The position numbers were made by a program, and so were the translations under genes. From Camelus ferus (Eukaryota), in contig NC_045696.1 of NCBI RefSeq assembly GCF_009834535.1, positions 53,322,001 through 53,386,000 of the forward strand: a stretch of 64,000 bases of DNA, given 5' to 3'. This document shows, in pieces, positions 52,041-64,000 of this stretch. The notes beneath the pieces are model-generated. The model saw only the letters and a program-made list of their open reading frames with translations, had not been told where the DNA came from and ran no database searches. The stretch's first letter is position 1. Each line of letters opens with the position of its first letter.

Positions 52041-53109
52041 CTACACTGTCTGGAGTTGCCTACTTTTCTGTTCTTCCGACATCTGCACAAAGTTAATCAT
52101 ACTTCAAGGATCTTCATTTGGCACATATTTTGAAGTCTTTGTTGACCATGCCAGATACAAGTGATTCCCTTTTTAAATTCCCTGAATGCTTATTAAATAA
52201 ATCATTTACTGCTTTTATTTAGAAGTTATAGGAATTAGATTATTTCTTGTGTTTCTGGAAGGTTCGAGGAATAGGTTAATGAGATTTTAAGTTACATTAG
52301 TTTTATAATTATTTAAATCTCTTTCCTAGAAAATGAGTGCTCTGGGTTTTTGGTCTAGACAACAATACTAGTAAAATAGGAAAGGAGTAAAGTGATGCAG
52401 ATTGGGTCAAGATTCAGAGTGTGAAGACAAGTAGGATCTCAAAGACATTTATTTAGGATAAAACAGTACCTTTTAAATAATCCAAAATAGGCATCAATAG
52501 GAGCAGGACAGACTAGTGGAAACCCAGGAGTGTAAATTAGCAGGATGGAAACAAACAACATTAAGGCAAAATGAGCCAATTTGGACCTGAAAAGATATGG
52601 TAAGTTGCTTATCTTCCAACATGAAGATGGCTGTAACTCTCTGTATTCATCTACTTGTAATAGCTATTTAAAAATTAGAGCAAAGCATTTTGAATTCACA
52701 ATTGAACAACTGGTAATATATTTATCATCATGGCTTTTATTAAAATAACTCCCATATGTCAGCTTCTTTTGACTTAAAAATTTTGTTTTTTTCATTTTGC
52801 TCTTTATAACATCTAAAAGTGACACTGTACCTACTTTTATTGATATGTATGCTAATGCATATATATCATTCCTGTATTAAAAACTTTTTGAGAATAAAAA
52901 AAGTACTCTTATCTCCCATACATAATACAGTCCATACTAAATGAAAGAATTGTATCTTGTACATCTTTTAGAAAACCAGGCAGTAACAGGCATGGAAAAC
53001 TACAGATTTCATGCATGCCATGGCAATGACTGATCTAGGAACAAGCTAACAAATTTCAGCTTCGTGGGCCTTTATTCCCTACTGATTCAGAGTAATTTAA
53101 AAATAAACA

Positions 53110-54370
53110 GATTGTCAAAGTGCAAAATCAATTCTATAGATATAGGATAGTCTTTTTAATAAATGGTTCTCTACCAAGTGGATATTCATAATGAAAAAAA
53201 ATTAATTTAGAATCTACCTCATACCATTCACAGAAATGAATGAAAAGTGAATCATAGACCTAAATGTAGGAACTAAAACTACAAAAATTTTAGAAAAAAA
53301 AAAAAAACTTGGAATAAATCTTTGTAACTTTGGCCTAGGTGAAAAGTTTTTAAATCTGATACCAAAAGCGCAATTCATAAGAGAAAGAACTTGATAAACT
53401 GGACTTACCAAAATTAAAAAAAAAAAAAAACTTCTGTACTTCAAAATAAGCTGAAATGATGAGCTATAGGGTATAAGAACATATTTGTAAGTGTATATAT
53501 CTGATAAAGGGCTTACATTCAGAATATATAAAAAAGTTTTACAATGCAATTATAAAATGAACATCCCAATTAAAAATGGGGCATATTATCAAAAAAGATA
53601 TGCAAATGGCTAAAAAGCACTTGAAAAAGTCAACATTAGGTTTTTAGGTAAGTACAAAGTAAAGCACAGGATACAACTACATACTGACATAAATGGCTAT
53701 ATCAAAAATACAAACATCAATAAATGTTGGCAAGGCTTGGAGAAATTGGAACTGTATATATTGCTGGTGAGAATGTAAAATAGTATACCTACATTGGAAA
53801 AGAGTGCAATAATTTCTTAGAAGTTAAATATAAATTTTGTATACAATCCAGCAATTCTAATCCTAGGTATCTAGAGAAGATAATGAAAACACATGTTAAC
53901 ACAAAGAATGGTTCACGAATGTTCACACCACCATTGTTCATAACAGCAGAAAAGTGTACATCAACTGGTGAAATGATTAAACATACTGTATGGTTTTTCC
54001 ATATGATGGAATACCATTCTGTCAAAAAAAAGAGTAAAATACTAAAGCATGCTACAATACGAATGATCCTCAAAAACATGCTAAGTGAAAGAAGGCAAAT
54101 GCAAAAGACCACATACTGTACAGTTCTATTTATATGAAATGTACACAAAAAGCAAGTATATACAGACAGAAAGTAGACTGGTGACTGTCCAGAGTCCAGA
54201 GTGGGAATGGGGATTAACTAAAACGGGAATGAGGGATCATTTAGGGATGATGGAAATGTTCAAAAACTACCTTGTGGTGATGTTTACACAACTCTGCACC
54301 TTTACTAATAATCACTAAATTCTATGACATATAAGTTCCACGCCATTAAAACTGCTAAAAATAAATAAAT
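53110..54370 (+). mobile_element. Old L1 (L1MB7/8-like), ORF2 C-terminus and 3' UTR
   Basis: 'catagacctaaatgta...ccagcaattctaatcctaggtatc...aacatgctaagtgaaagaaggca...gggatgatggaaatgttc'; ORF 53883-54137 resembles the ORF2 C-terminus. Confidence 0.88.
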
Positions 54371-54384
54371 AGTGCTGACTAGCT

Positions 54385-54710
54385 TATGTAAGCAGCTTTT
54401 ACATCTTAGCTTCAATATTACCCCTTCAGAGGGCCTTACCTGGAAACATTAACCAAAGTAGCCCCTTTAGAGTTTCTGTTATTATATCCTGTGGATTTTC
54501 AAGTATAGCACTAACACAGACTATAACTCTTATATATGCACTGGAATATTTGTTTATTGCCTTTTCCTCAATTGGAATGTAAGTCCCATGAGGGCAGGGA
54601 CTTTATTTCTCTCATTTACCATTTTATTTCCACAACTTAGGACAGGACCTGGTACAAAGACATGTTTACCAGCCATTTGTCAAATACATGAATAAATAAA
54701 TGAATGGACA
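54385..54710 (+). mobile_element. L2 3' end
   Basis: 'ggaatgtaagtcccatgagggcagggacttt...ggacctggtaca...gaataaataaatgaatgg'. Confidence 0.75.
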
Positions 54711-55614
54711 AATAGATACATGGCTGAGTAAGTGGCTGACCCATATTTTCTAAGCAAATCAGTTTTATGTATTTTTTAGGAGACACAGAAAATAACCTGC
54801 CATTCTGAGAGAAAAAAAAGTGCAAAAGAAGGGAAGCTGTATTTCCTCATGATCAGGAAAGCAGAATCCCTTCCCCAAATCAGGCATCTGAGACTTTATT
54901 CCCAAAGAGGACAAACTGCCAGAACTGAGCACAGCCAACTTCCACCTCTCTTTTTCTTTAACCATCCCATTAACAAAGTGATTTCCTCTAGAGTCTAGAT
55001 CCAATTAAGGGCAAGGGCAGCAGAGAGGAGAACACTGAGTGAAGCAATGTTAAAGAGGTTTACGCACATCCCTCTGGGGGATAGAGGAAGCTTTATTGGC
55101 ATTCCTCCCCCTCCTTCTCTTTCACCCTCCATCCCCCGCCTCTTAAAACTCCTTTGCAGAAGGCATCAGGACAAAGAAGCACCCAGCATTCAGCTCAGGA
55201 ACAGAAAATAAATACACTGGGAATACTCCATGGTCCCTGGCTGAATACAAAGCAGTGATTTAGCAAAGAAGCTGTAGCCTCAATGAGAACAGAGAGCCTG
55301 CACTGAACACAGCACCAGGAACAGAAAGAGAGAAAGAGAGAGAGAAAAGCTGAATGTCTTCACCATCTTTCCCTCTTGTGATGTTTCCCACAATAATGAG
55401 TTTAAATGCAATTGTAAGTGAAAGAAGAAAGGGAAGAGGAAATGGACTGATAACAATACTGCACAAAAGAATGAAGATTATACCAAGATTAAAAAAAAAA
55501 CCATCAGTTTTCTTTAAAATGTAAAATGAGAATGAACTAGGGTCTAAAACAGGTGGCAGAAACAGATGATTTTAAAAGTGAAAATAGAGAAAAATAAGAA
55601 TATCATTTATCAGT

Positions 55615-55830
55615 TAGATCAGAATGAATCAGGAATCGATGTTCCATTCATGTTCTGTGGCCACTGACTTCAATTATCTTGTTTGAAGAGTCTGTGCTTC
55701 CTTTCCCGTGTATGTGGTGGGGATAATGTTCCCGTCCTCCTTTCCTTCTGCACTAGGGTCTGGGGAGTACTAATTAGGCAAAGTACGTGACGTCTTTAGA
55801 ACTTTAGAGTGCTAGATAAACAGAATGTGG
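55615..55830 (+). mobile_element. MIR/MIR3 SINE, degraded
   Basis: 'ctgtgcttcctttcccgtgtatgtggtggggataatg...ctttagaactttagagtgctagataaa'. Confidence 0.55.
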
Positions 55831-57334
55831 TTTTGAAGAGGCTATACGTTCTTGGTGCTGAATAAACATTAAATCGCACTAAAGTTTTGGGGCCGAGGAA
55901 GAGAGAGCAGTTTATAGTTCATTGGGGAAAGATTTAAATTTCATTCCAGTGTTTCTAAGCTAGTGACAAAACATTACTAATTTTCCATAGCCCTGACTTC
56001 TCTGAGGGGCAATTATCTGTGGAGAAGAAAAAAATCCGAGAAAGCTCCTACTAATGAAAGCTGAGTGTTTTATACTAGAGTGAGGGACACAGGATGCTGT
56101 AGAGTACAGTGGTATGCAGGTGAAAGGTGGAACTCAGGAGAAGTACGAGGCAGAAATTGTAAGAACTAGCTAGAGGTTCTCCATAGAGGTTCAGTCTTAC
56201 ACAGGACAACAGAGGAGGTATTGCAGATAAAGTATCACGTTATTCATCCAGTAAAATCTGCAGAACCTAGTATGTCAAATGCCTTAAAAAGAGTCTTAGA
56301 AATCCAGGCTTTCCATTCTTCTGATTGATGAAACTCTGTATGCAGCAAATAAGGCTGAGTGCCAGGTTAATACTCCACATATTAAGAAAACTTTGGGGAG
56401 TGTGCCATTTTATTATAATTTCATTTCTCCTGTATGCAGACTTCCATTTTTCTTGCCTTTCAAGTAGATTAAATACTGTAAATCACAGCTTTATTGATAG
56501 GAAAGGAGGTATTTGCATTACTCTTGAAAATGCTATCCCCAAGAGGCCAACTTCGCTAATGAAAAGAAAGAGAATGGAGTTTGCCAAGCCAAATAAATTG
56601 CCTACTGTGGGGGGCTGCGCACTGAGATCTGGTGGTGACAATAGATGTCTACAGCTAAAAGCTTCTGTCAGGTCATCAACTCTAGAAATGCAATTATCAC
56701 CCCAAATCAGCATGAAAGTAATTTCAAACGAATTGCTCACCTTTGTTATTTTCATTGGCCCTACAGGTTTTGCCACCCTGTATTTACTCACGTCAAGGGA
56801 CAAATAGGTGTCCTGTTGTCACTCCCTTCCTTTGGTCATATACGAGGCACAGAATAGAACATAGCAACAAACATACTCCACTCTGTAGCTAGTATTAAAA
56901 TAAATCATTGAGCACTTTCTACTTGTTCAGCTCTGTTCCAGGCATTACACAGGGAATAGAAAACAAGGCTTCATGGAAATAGCAGTGATCCAGGCCAGGA
57001 TCTGCTAATTACTAGTTACTCGACCATAAGAAAGTCATTTATTTTCCCTGGAGTTTTATTTCCTCTTCTTTAAAATGCAAAGAATGTGATATACTTGAGT
57101 AAGTGCATCAACACAAGCACTGAAGAGGAGAATACCAGGACCAAGGCATTTGTATAGTCTCCAACCTTTCCTGAGTCTGTGATTTAGGGAGTTTGCATTC
57201 TTGTTGAGGATACAAAGCTAAAATACACAAAACCGTTGGCAAATACTGAAGCACAAAATTGTTTGGTACTACCTAGAAGTTCCAAAATAAATAAACAAAC
57301 AAATAAATAAGGAAAAATAGTTAAGGATAGAATA

Positions 57335-57660
57335 ATTAATGGTTTCTTAAAGGAGGAAGAGCTTAAGGACTAGAATTTATGCAAATTGAGGGGAAAAAAA
57401 ATAAACTATACATCCTGAAGGAAAAGAAAACATTAATACAAAAAAGTAAATGAAGGCATGTGATATCAGGAAACATTGCTGACAAAAAGAGAGGATGAGT
57501 ATTACAGAGAGATACACTAAGCCCTGAAGGTTAGATACACTAAAGCCTTTAAAATTGAGGCTGATGGGACATTCACTGAAAGCCAACAATTGCTTATGGA
57601 GAAAGGAAAGGAACTGCTGAAGAGCTGTGTTTGCAGAAGAATCCACAGTGGTGAAAATCT
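57335..57660 (-). mobile_element. L2 fragment
   Basis: 'ggtttcttaaaggaggaagagcttaagg...gaaggcatgtga...agctgtgtttgcagaagaat'. Confidence 0.55.
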
Positions 57661-58448
57661 AGAATGTTAGACTATAAGCTCCATAGTATTCACTGCCCAT
57701 TGCTGGTACTCAACCCAGTGCCCAGCATAAGTAAGTAAGAACGCAATGCATGCAAAGGCTGAAGTCAGTTATGCGCTGATAAAAGTTTCGAGTAGAGTGG
57801 TAGCGGTGAGAATAAAGACGTCCCTTTGCTTAGAGACAGCTCATTAAATTTACCAAGTATAAAGAAAAATAAAAGAAACAAATAATAATAATAATAAATA
57901 CTGTAACAGCACTGCAGCACAATTGGGAAACCAATTCTGAAATGTATATAGACCTTCTGGGACTGCTCTGTGTCTCCTGTCTTCTTTCTGAGCCCAGGAA
58001 TCATCATCACCACATTCCTAAATTTAAAGCAACATAGAGCTATCAACATCCTAGTAAGGCTGTATCTTGTAGTGAAGAATGATGAGCCAAATGAGTCCAC
58101 AGTACAGTGGGGTATGATTGCAATTACTAATCCACCTCGAGTAAAGAGGTGTGCCAAAAGTTTGAAAACAAAGATCCCTTGGGGTTTTTCTTCCAGCACA
58201 ACCTGAGCTCGGTTTACCCTATTCATTGTGCCTTCATCTCTTTACTGAAAAGCCTTTCTATTTTTTTCTCTCTATCCTCATTCAAGTTTCACCACAACCC
58301 TTAAGACTCAGCTTTTTCATTAAAAATGTCCATAGTAACACATCAGCCCACAGCAATTCTTGAAGGGCCATCTGAGCCACCATTAGTAACATACTGCTTT
58401 CACTGTTACTTAATTTCTCATATGTACAAGTCCCTTGATGGGCTAAAA

Positions 58449-58600
58449 CAGTATGATTCCAGATTTTTGTGGAGCCTGAAATGTATGTAGTATAATCTTT
58501 CTTTTAAAAAAAATGATAAATGAAGAACTAAAGACAAAGCTTCAGAGTAGTCAGCCCGTGCAAGCCAGGAGCCCTAAAGCTTAAGCTTCACTGTAAACTA
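58449..58600 (+). mobile_element. MER53 (hAT MITE)
   Basis: 'ccagatttttgtggagcctgaa' ... 'gcccgtgcaagccaggagccctaaagcttaagcttca' match recalled MER53 consensus blocks. Confidence 0.72.
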
Positions 58601-59971
58601 CTTCTATTGGACATTTATTTAATCTCCATAGAATATCTAGCACAGAGTTATGCATACTAACTACCCATGTTACACTCTTTCCCTTAGCAATTTCATCCAA
58701 ACTATAGTTTACACTATTCCCTAATAGGAAAACAGTTGATGGTCCTAAGTAACTCAGATCGTTTTCTGAACACCAGATTCTCAGATTAACTTGCCAGTGG
58801 GCAACTCTCCTTGAATGTAAGTGGACCTGATGTAGAATGGCCTGCAAACTTTCTAAATAAGAAGATCCTTTTATCATCAAATTTTCTTACCTCTTTGTAA
58901 TTGAGGAATTGTCCAGTAAAAAAAAAAAAAAAAATACATTCAGAAAATCTTTAACACATTTTGCATTATAATAGAGTCTACTGAAAAACAGTAGTTTATT
59001 TACATGTGAGATATAGAATGTCTACACATAATCCTTAAGTAATGCATGGACATTTGGACACTGTGCAATGATTCTGTTGCTGCCTAAGAGACTCGGGCTT
59101 GGGAACTCAGTGCCTAAACCTTTCCTCTTGGGAATAAGATTGAATGAAATTGAGACTTTATCCACAAGGAATTAACTCTGACATATTTAGGACTTCATTG
59201 GATAATTCTTCGGATCACTGGTCATTATCTTTTAACAAGCTCCATTTTTATTTTAGCATCCACAGATTTTCCGTTGGGAAACTGTGACATTCTTGGGAAT
59301 ATTTTCAGCTTTACACACAGATAACCCACTTTGAAATGGGGCTATCTGTGTTTTACTGAAATCCTGACACCCGATCCTTCCCTAGTCTGCTTGCCCCTAA
59401 GCTGTTTCTGTCTTTTTCCTTTCTCCCTTTCTGTTTGCTTGGATTTTCTGAGCTCTTTCAAAAATACTACCCAAAATGCCACATTATATACGGACAAGTC
59501 ACCTGGTTCCACAGACAAAGCTGTGCATCAATGCCCCTTTCACTGTAAATACTGCTAAGGCAATGACAAAGTAATTGGCTAAGTACTGCCAGCCCCACAG
59601 GAAAGAGGCTGGTTTCATACCCTGGTAATTGCTATTTATAAATTTTAACAGTTGAACTTTTAGGTTAATTTAAGTCATTTTACAAAAAAAAAAAAAAGAT
59701 GAAATAAGGAAACATACATACAAAAACTAAGATAGCAAAAATGCTGAAGTTAGTGAAAGAGACTGGGTTCAGCAGGAGGTGGAAGCTTGGTTTACCTACA
59801 TACACTGATGGATGTCATTTGTTGGTTGATGTCATATTAAGTGGCAGCAGAGGCTATCTGAATTGTAAGAGCAGAAAATCAGACATTTACGTTCTGCTGC
59901 TTCATTATTTATGGAGAAGGCACTTGATATGAAAAGTAAGGGAATGATACAAACAAACCATTCCTCAATTT

Positions 59972-61233
59972 AACTGCATTCCCACCAGCAGTGTAGGAGG
60001 GTTCCCCTTTATCCACAGCCTCTTCAGCATTTATTGTTTGTGGACTTTTAAATGATGGCCATTCTGACTGGTGTGAGGTGATACCTCATTATAGTTTTTG
60101 ATTTGCATTTCTCTGATAATTAGTGATATTGAGCATTTTTTCATGTGCCTATTGGTCATTTGTATGTCTTCATTGGAGAATTGTTTGCTTAGGTCTTCTG
60201 CTCATTTTTGGATTGGGTTGTTGGCTTTTTTCTTATTAAGTTGAATGAGCTACTTATATATTCTGGAAATTAAGCCCTTGTCAGTCCCACCTTTTGTAAA
60301 TATTTTCTCCCATTCTGTAGGTTGTTTTTTTTGTTTTGCTTATGGTTTCCTTTGCTATGCAAAAGCTTATAAGTTTAATTAGGTCCCATTAGTTTATTTT
60401 TGCTTTTATTTCTATTGCTTGGGTAGACTGCCCTAGGTGAACATTGCTGAAATGTATGTTGGATAATGTTTTGCCTCTGTTTTCTTCTAAAAGGTTTATA
60501 GTATCCTGTCTTATGTTTAAGTTTGGTGCAGCCATACTGGAAAACAGTACGGAGATTCTTCAAAAGACTAAAAATAGACTTACTGTATGATCCAGCAATC
60601 CCACTCCTGGGCATATATCCAGAGGGAACCTTAATTCAAAAAGATACATGCACCCCAATTTTCATAGCAGCACTATTTACAATAGTCAAGACATGGAAAC
60701 AACCTAAATGTCAATTGACAGATGACTGGATAAAGAAGCTGTGGTATATTTATACAATAGAATAATACCCAGCCATAAAAAATAATAAAATAATGCCATT
60801 TGCAGCAACATGGTTGGACTTGGAGAATGTCATTCTAAGTGAAGTAAGCCAGAAAGAGAAAGAAAAATACCATATTATATCACTTATCCTGGAATCTTAA
60901 AAAAAAAGACAAACTTATTTTCAAAACAGAAACAGACTCACAGACATAGAAAGCAAACTTATGGTTACCAGGGAGGGAAAGGGGTGGAAAGGGATAGATT
61001 GGGAGTTTGAGATTTGCAGATACTAACTACTATATATAAAACAGATAAACAATAAGTTTATACTGTATAGCACAGGGAACTATATTCAGTATCTTGTGGT
61101 AACTTATGGTTAAAAAGAATATGAAAACTAATACATGTATGTTCTTATATGACTGAAGTATTGTGCTGTACACCAGAAATTGACATAACATTGTAAACTG
61201 ACTATATTTCAATAAAAATATATTAAAAAAAAA
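59972..61233 (+). mobile_element. Young camelid-type L1 with 5' inversion (inverted ORF2 segment ~59972-60522 on -; ORF2 end, 3' UTR and polyA 60520-61233 on +)
   Basis: ORF 60523-60765 gives the L1 ORF2 C-terminus (YDPAIPLLGIYP...FIAALFTI...WKQPKC...WIKKLWYIYT); the upstream 550 bp is antisense ORF2 that ends where the sense part begins. Confidence 0.92.
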
Positions 61234-62229
61234 GAATAACTGACTCACCCATAAGCAAAGTCCACAGCCACTGCTACTCACTCCCTTTCTACTGAAGACA
61301 AGCAGAGAGGAGGTTCTTACATCAAATAGGTGGGGAGATGACTGAGACTTTTCAGAGCTCAGAGGGAGCCGGGACTGGAGAGATTCAAGGGCTGGGATAC
61401 CTAAGGCCTCGATATAGGAGGAGAGCCACAATATGGATTTGGAGGTAGCATCATGTTTTACTCAAGTAAACAAGGTAACAATTTGAGCCATGCCGACCAA
61501 GAATTTGAGGATGAAGATTTGAAGGTTAACATAAAAATTCTTATTTTCATAATTTTCAAATTCAGATGGCAGAAGATAGCCACAGGGTGAACTTCAGGCA
61601 GAATTTTGTTAACATGTGTGCTGAAGTAACAGAGGTGGTTGGGAGATGTAAACAGTGAGGCCACCATTTGACTTGATCAAACTTCTATCTCCATGAAGCT
61701 GGATGAATATAAAAAAGTATCTTTTCTGAGACCAGATTTTATTTTGATATTCTCCCATATAGAAAGCTACAACACCTAAATAGATATTCTGTTTTAATGA
61801 AACACAGCCCCTCTCTTTTGACATGTTTGAAAATTTTCCAGTGGGAAGAAAGTAGTAAAGCTATGAATGTTAAAACTCATTGAAAAATGATTAGAGAATC
61901 CATTTCTGAATGGAATTCTTTACAAGCAATCAAAGTTATAAAGGAACACCAGCAAAAAAATAAACATACACAAAATAAACTAGAGTAGAAATTCAGAATA
62001 TCACACATAGAATATTTATGGTAACAGAATATGAGAAATCAGCTTCAACCTTCTACTACACAAAGCATTCTTCTTTTTAACAACTTTTCTCAGTAGTGGT
62101 TACCTGGACCCTGCTTAAATACTAAAATGACTAAAACTTTACTTCTTTACAAGGAAATCTATTCCACTCGGCAGAAAAGAAAATGACATTTATAAAATAA
62201 ATACACATATACCTATAGATATGCATATA

Positions 62230-62425
62230 CAGTGGACCCCTCAATGTGTTTGAACTGCATGGGTCCATTATACTTGGATTTTTTCAATAGTGAACAGTAC
62301 AGTACTACATGATTCTTGGTTGATTGAATCTGCAGGTGCAGATACAGAGGAACCATGTACAAAGAGGCAGGTTTTCTATGGAGCTGAGGTTCAGCGCCCC
62401 CAACACACTGTTCAGTGGTCAACTG
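62230..62425 (+). mobile_element. MER8-like Tigger MITE
   Basis: TA-flanked 'cagtggacccctc...tgaactgcatgggtcca...ttcagtggtcaactg'. Confidence 0.78.
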
Positions 62426-62429
62426 TATA

Positions 62430-62769
62430 TAGTCATTCCTAGGTATCCACAGAGAATTGGTTCCAGGACCCCCCACAAGTACCAAAATCCACAGATATTC
62501 AAGTTCCTTATATAAAATGGTGTAATATTTGCATGTAACCCACAGACATGTTCCCATATATTTTAAATCATCTATAGATTACTTAGAATACCTAATACTA
62601 TGTAAATAGTTGTAAATACAATGTAAATGCTATGTAAATAGTTGTCATGCTCTGGTAAATTCAAGTTCTGCTTTTTAGAAATTTTTTCTGGAATTTTTTA
62701 AAAAATATTTTCAATCCACAATAAGTTGAATCCATGGATGCAGAACACACCAATATGGAGAGCCAACTA
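62430..62769 (+). mobile_element. MER2/MER2B Tigger MITE, near full length
   Basis: 'agtcattcctaggtatcc...ttggttccaggacccc...ctaatac...gttgaatccatggatgcagaac...atggagagccaact'. Confidence 0.85.
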
Positions 62770-62799
62770 GAATTGTAGATTCTTTTTATTTCATTCTTG

Positions 62800-62980
62800 T
62801 AATAACCTTCTGGGATAAGAAGGTAAATAATATAATTACCATTCTTATTTTATAAATAAAGATGTTGAGGCCCAGTAGGGACAAGCGATTTGCCCATCTT
62901 TCCAAAGCTGGTAATTGGTAGAGGTAATTTTTGGAGCTAGGTTTCCTGGCTCAGAAGCTGTGTGATTTCCGTTATGCCAT
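62800..62980 (-). mobile_element. MIR SINE
   Basis: 'attcttattttataaataaagatgttgaggcccagtagggacaagcgatttgccc...gctaggtttcctggctc'. Confidence 0.65.
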
Positions 62981-64000
62981 TAAAATATATGTTCATCTTT
63001 GTAAAATCATTCAAGCTGATCTGCTTATTTAAATTACATTCTGTTTAAATTATAAACTACCATAAGTTCTTTGCTTTTCTTTTTTCTTTTTTTTTTCATT
63101 TTTCTTTTTCTTTTCTTTCTTTTTATTTTTGGAATGAAGTAGGGTATAAACACACAAATCTATGAATAACATTCCTTTATATAGAGAGCTGCAATTTGCC
63201 TCCCTATAGCTTGCACCAATTTTCATCTTATAATCTTGTCAACAAAGAAAATCCTTTTATCTTGTGTCATGTACTTGGTAGAAAGTTTGCTTCCTGTGTT
63301 TTTATTCAAATATTGAAGATGGCCAAAGATAGACAGAGAATCCTCTACTACCATCAATCGGTTTCTTCAGCATGATGATTCAATCAACTGAAAAAATTCT
63401 AGCTCATTATGGACCAATAAATCTATCAGGAGAAACCTGTCAAAATACAGATACTTAGAATGAATGGCATTTCCCTGATCTACCAGTTTGGAATTTTGTT
63501 TGTTTTAAAGAAATGTATTTACCATGCTATAGTTTGTTCCCAGGGAACCCCTGTTGTGGGTGATCACTGCTTGTTTTGTAAATATTCTAGCATTTATATT
63601 TTTGTTGTTGGTGGTGGTGATTTAATATTATTTTCCCCTTTTATTTATAACTAGGACAATATTGTGTGCCACCAATACTGTGAAAAAGTTTGTTTTCTAC
63701 AGATATTCAAATGTTAGCAATAGTATTTCTATAATCACTCTATCAAGTTATTTTTATTTTAGTGACCTAGGTTTCATACATATGAGACTTATAATTGAAC
63801 TTGTTTCTATTACCCTAATCATTTCCTCACATGCCTTGAGTCTTTAACATTGAAAAGGGTACAAAAGCATAATTATGATCATTTTATTTGATAAACAAAT
63901 TGAAATTTAATTTAAATTCTTATTCTTCCCTTACAGTGGCCAGTTTCTCATTTTCTTTATGAAGGCTTGTTAACAAATCAATAGATCTTTTGGTGACTGA

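Noticed and set aside
58079..58206. C box (ATGATGA) and D box (CTGA) snoRNA-like spacing
   Set aside because: No terminal stem or recognisable rRNA guide; such motifs are common by chance
57765..58226. 153-aa - strand ORF
   Set aside because: Runs through a low-complexity (AAT)n/A-rich tract (YYYYY); no domain or splice context
60523..60765. ORF with clear protein similarity
   Set aside because: L1 ORF2 C-terminal remnant ending in a premature stop; not a host gene
1..64000. CRISPR array, operon, prophage or other novel multi-gene system
   Set aside because: Mammalian non-coding DNA; no regularly spaced repeat-spacer array, no gene-dense region and no intact transposase, RT or viral ORF seen

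Overview
AT-rich, CpG-poor mammalian DNA, most likely from a camelid (alpaca, llama or camel). The assignment rests on a tRNA-derived SINE at ~23.3 kb that matches the camelid Vic-1-type SINE as I recall it; the young L1 3' UTRs are of cetartiodactyl type. I find no recognisable protein-coding exon, RNA gene, CpG island or prokaryotic feature. The supplied ORFs are L1 ORF2 remnants or chance ORFs. The window reads as intergenic DNA or a large intron. It carries the usual eutherian repeats (L1, L2, MIR, MaLR/ERVL/ERV1 LTRs, hAT and Tigger MITEs), separated by repeat-poor stretches with enhancer-like motif clusters. The most notable items are two independent 5'-inverted (twin-primed) L1 insertions, an old L1 that keeps both ends but lacks ORF1 and part of ORF2, a perfect 55-bp tandem duplication inside that L1, abutting Tigger MITEs, a ~70-bp imperfect palindrome with octamer and TGACAG motifs, and a few isolated + strand exon-like segments. 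I found no support for a novel biological system. Repeat names come from recalled consensus sequences, not a database search. Boundaries of old repeats are approximate.
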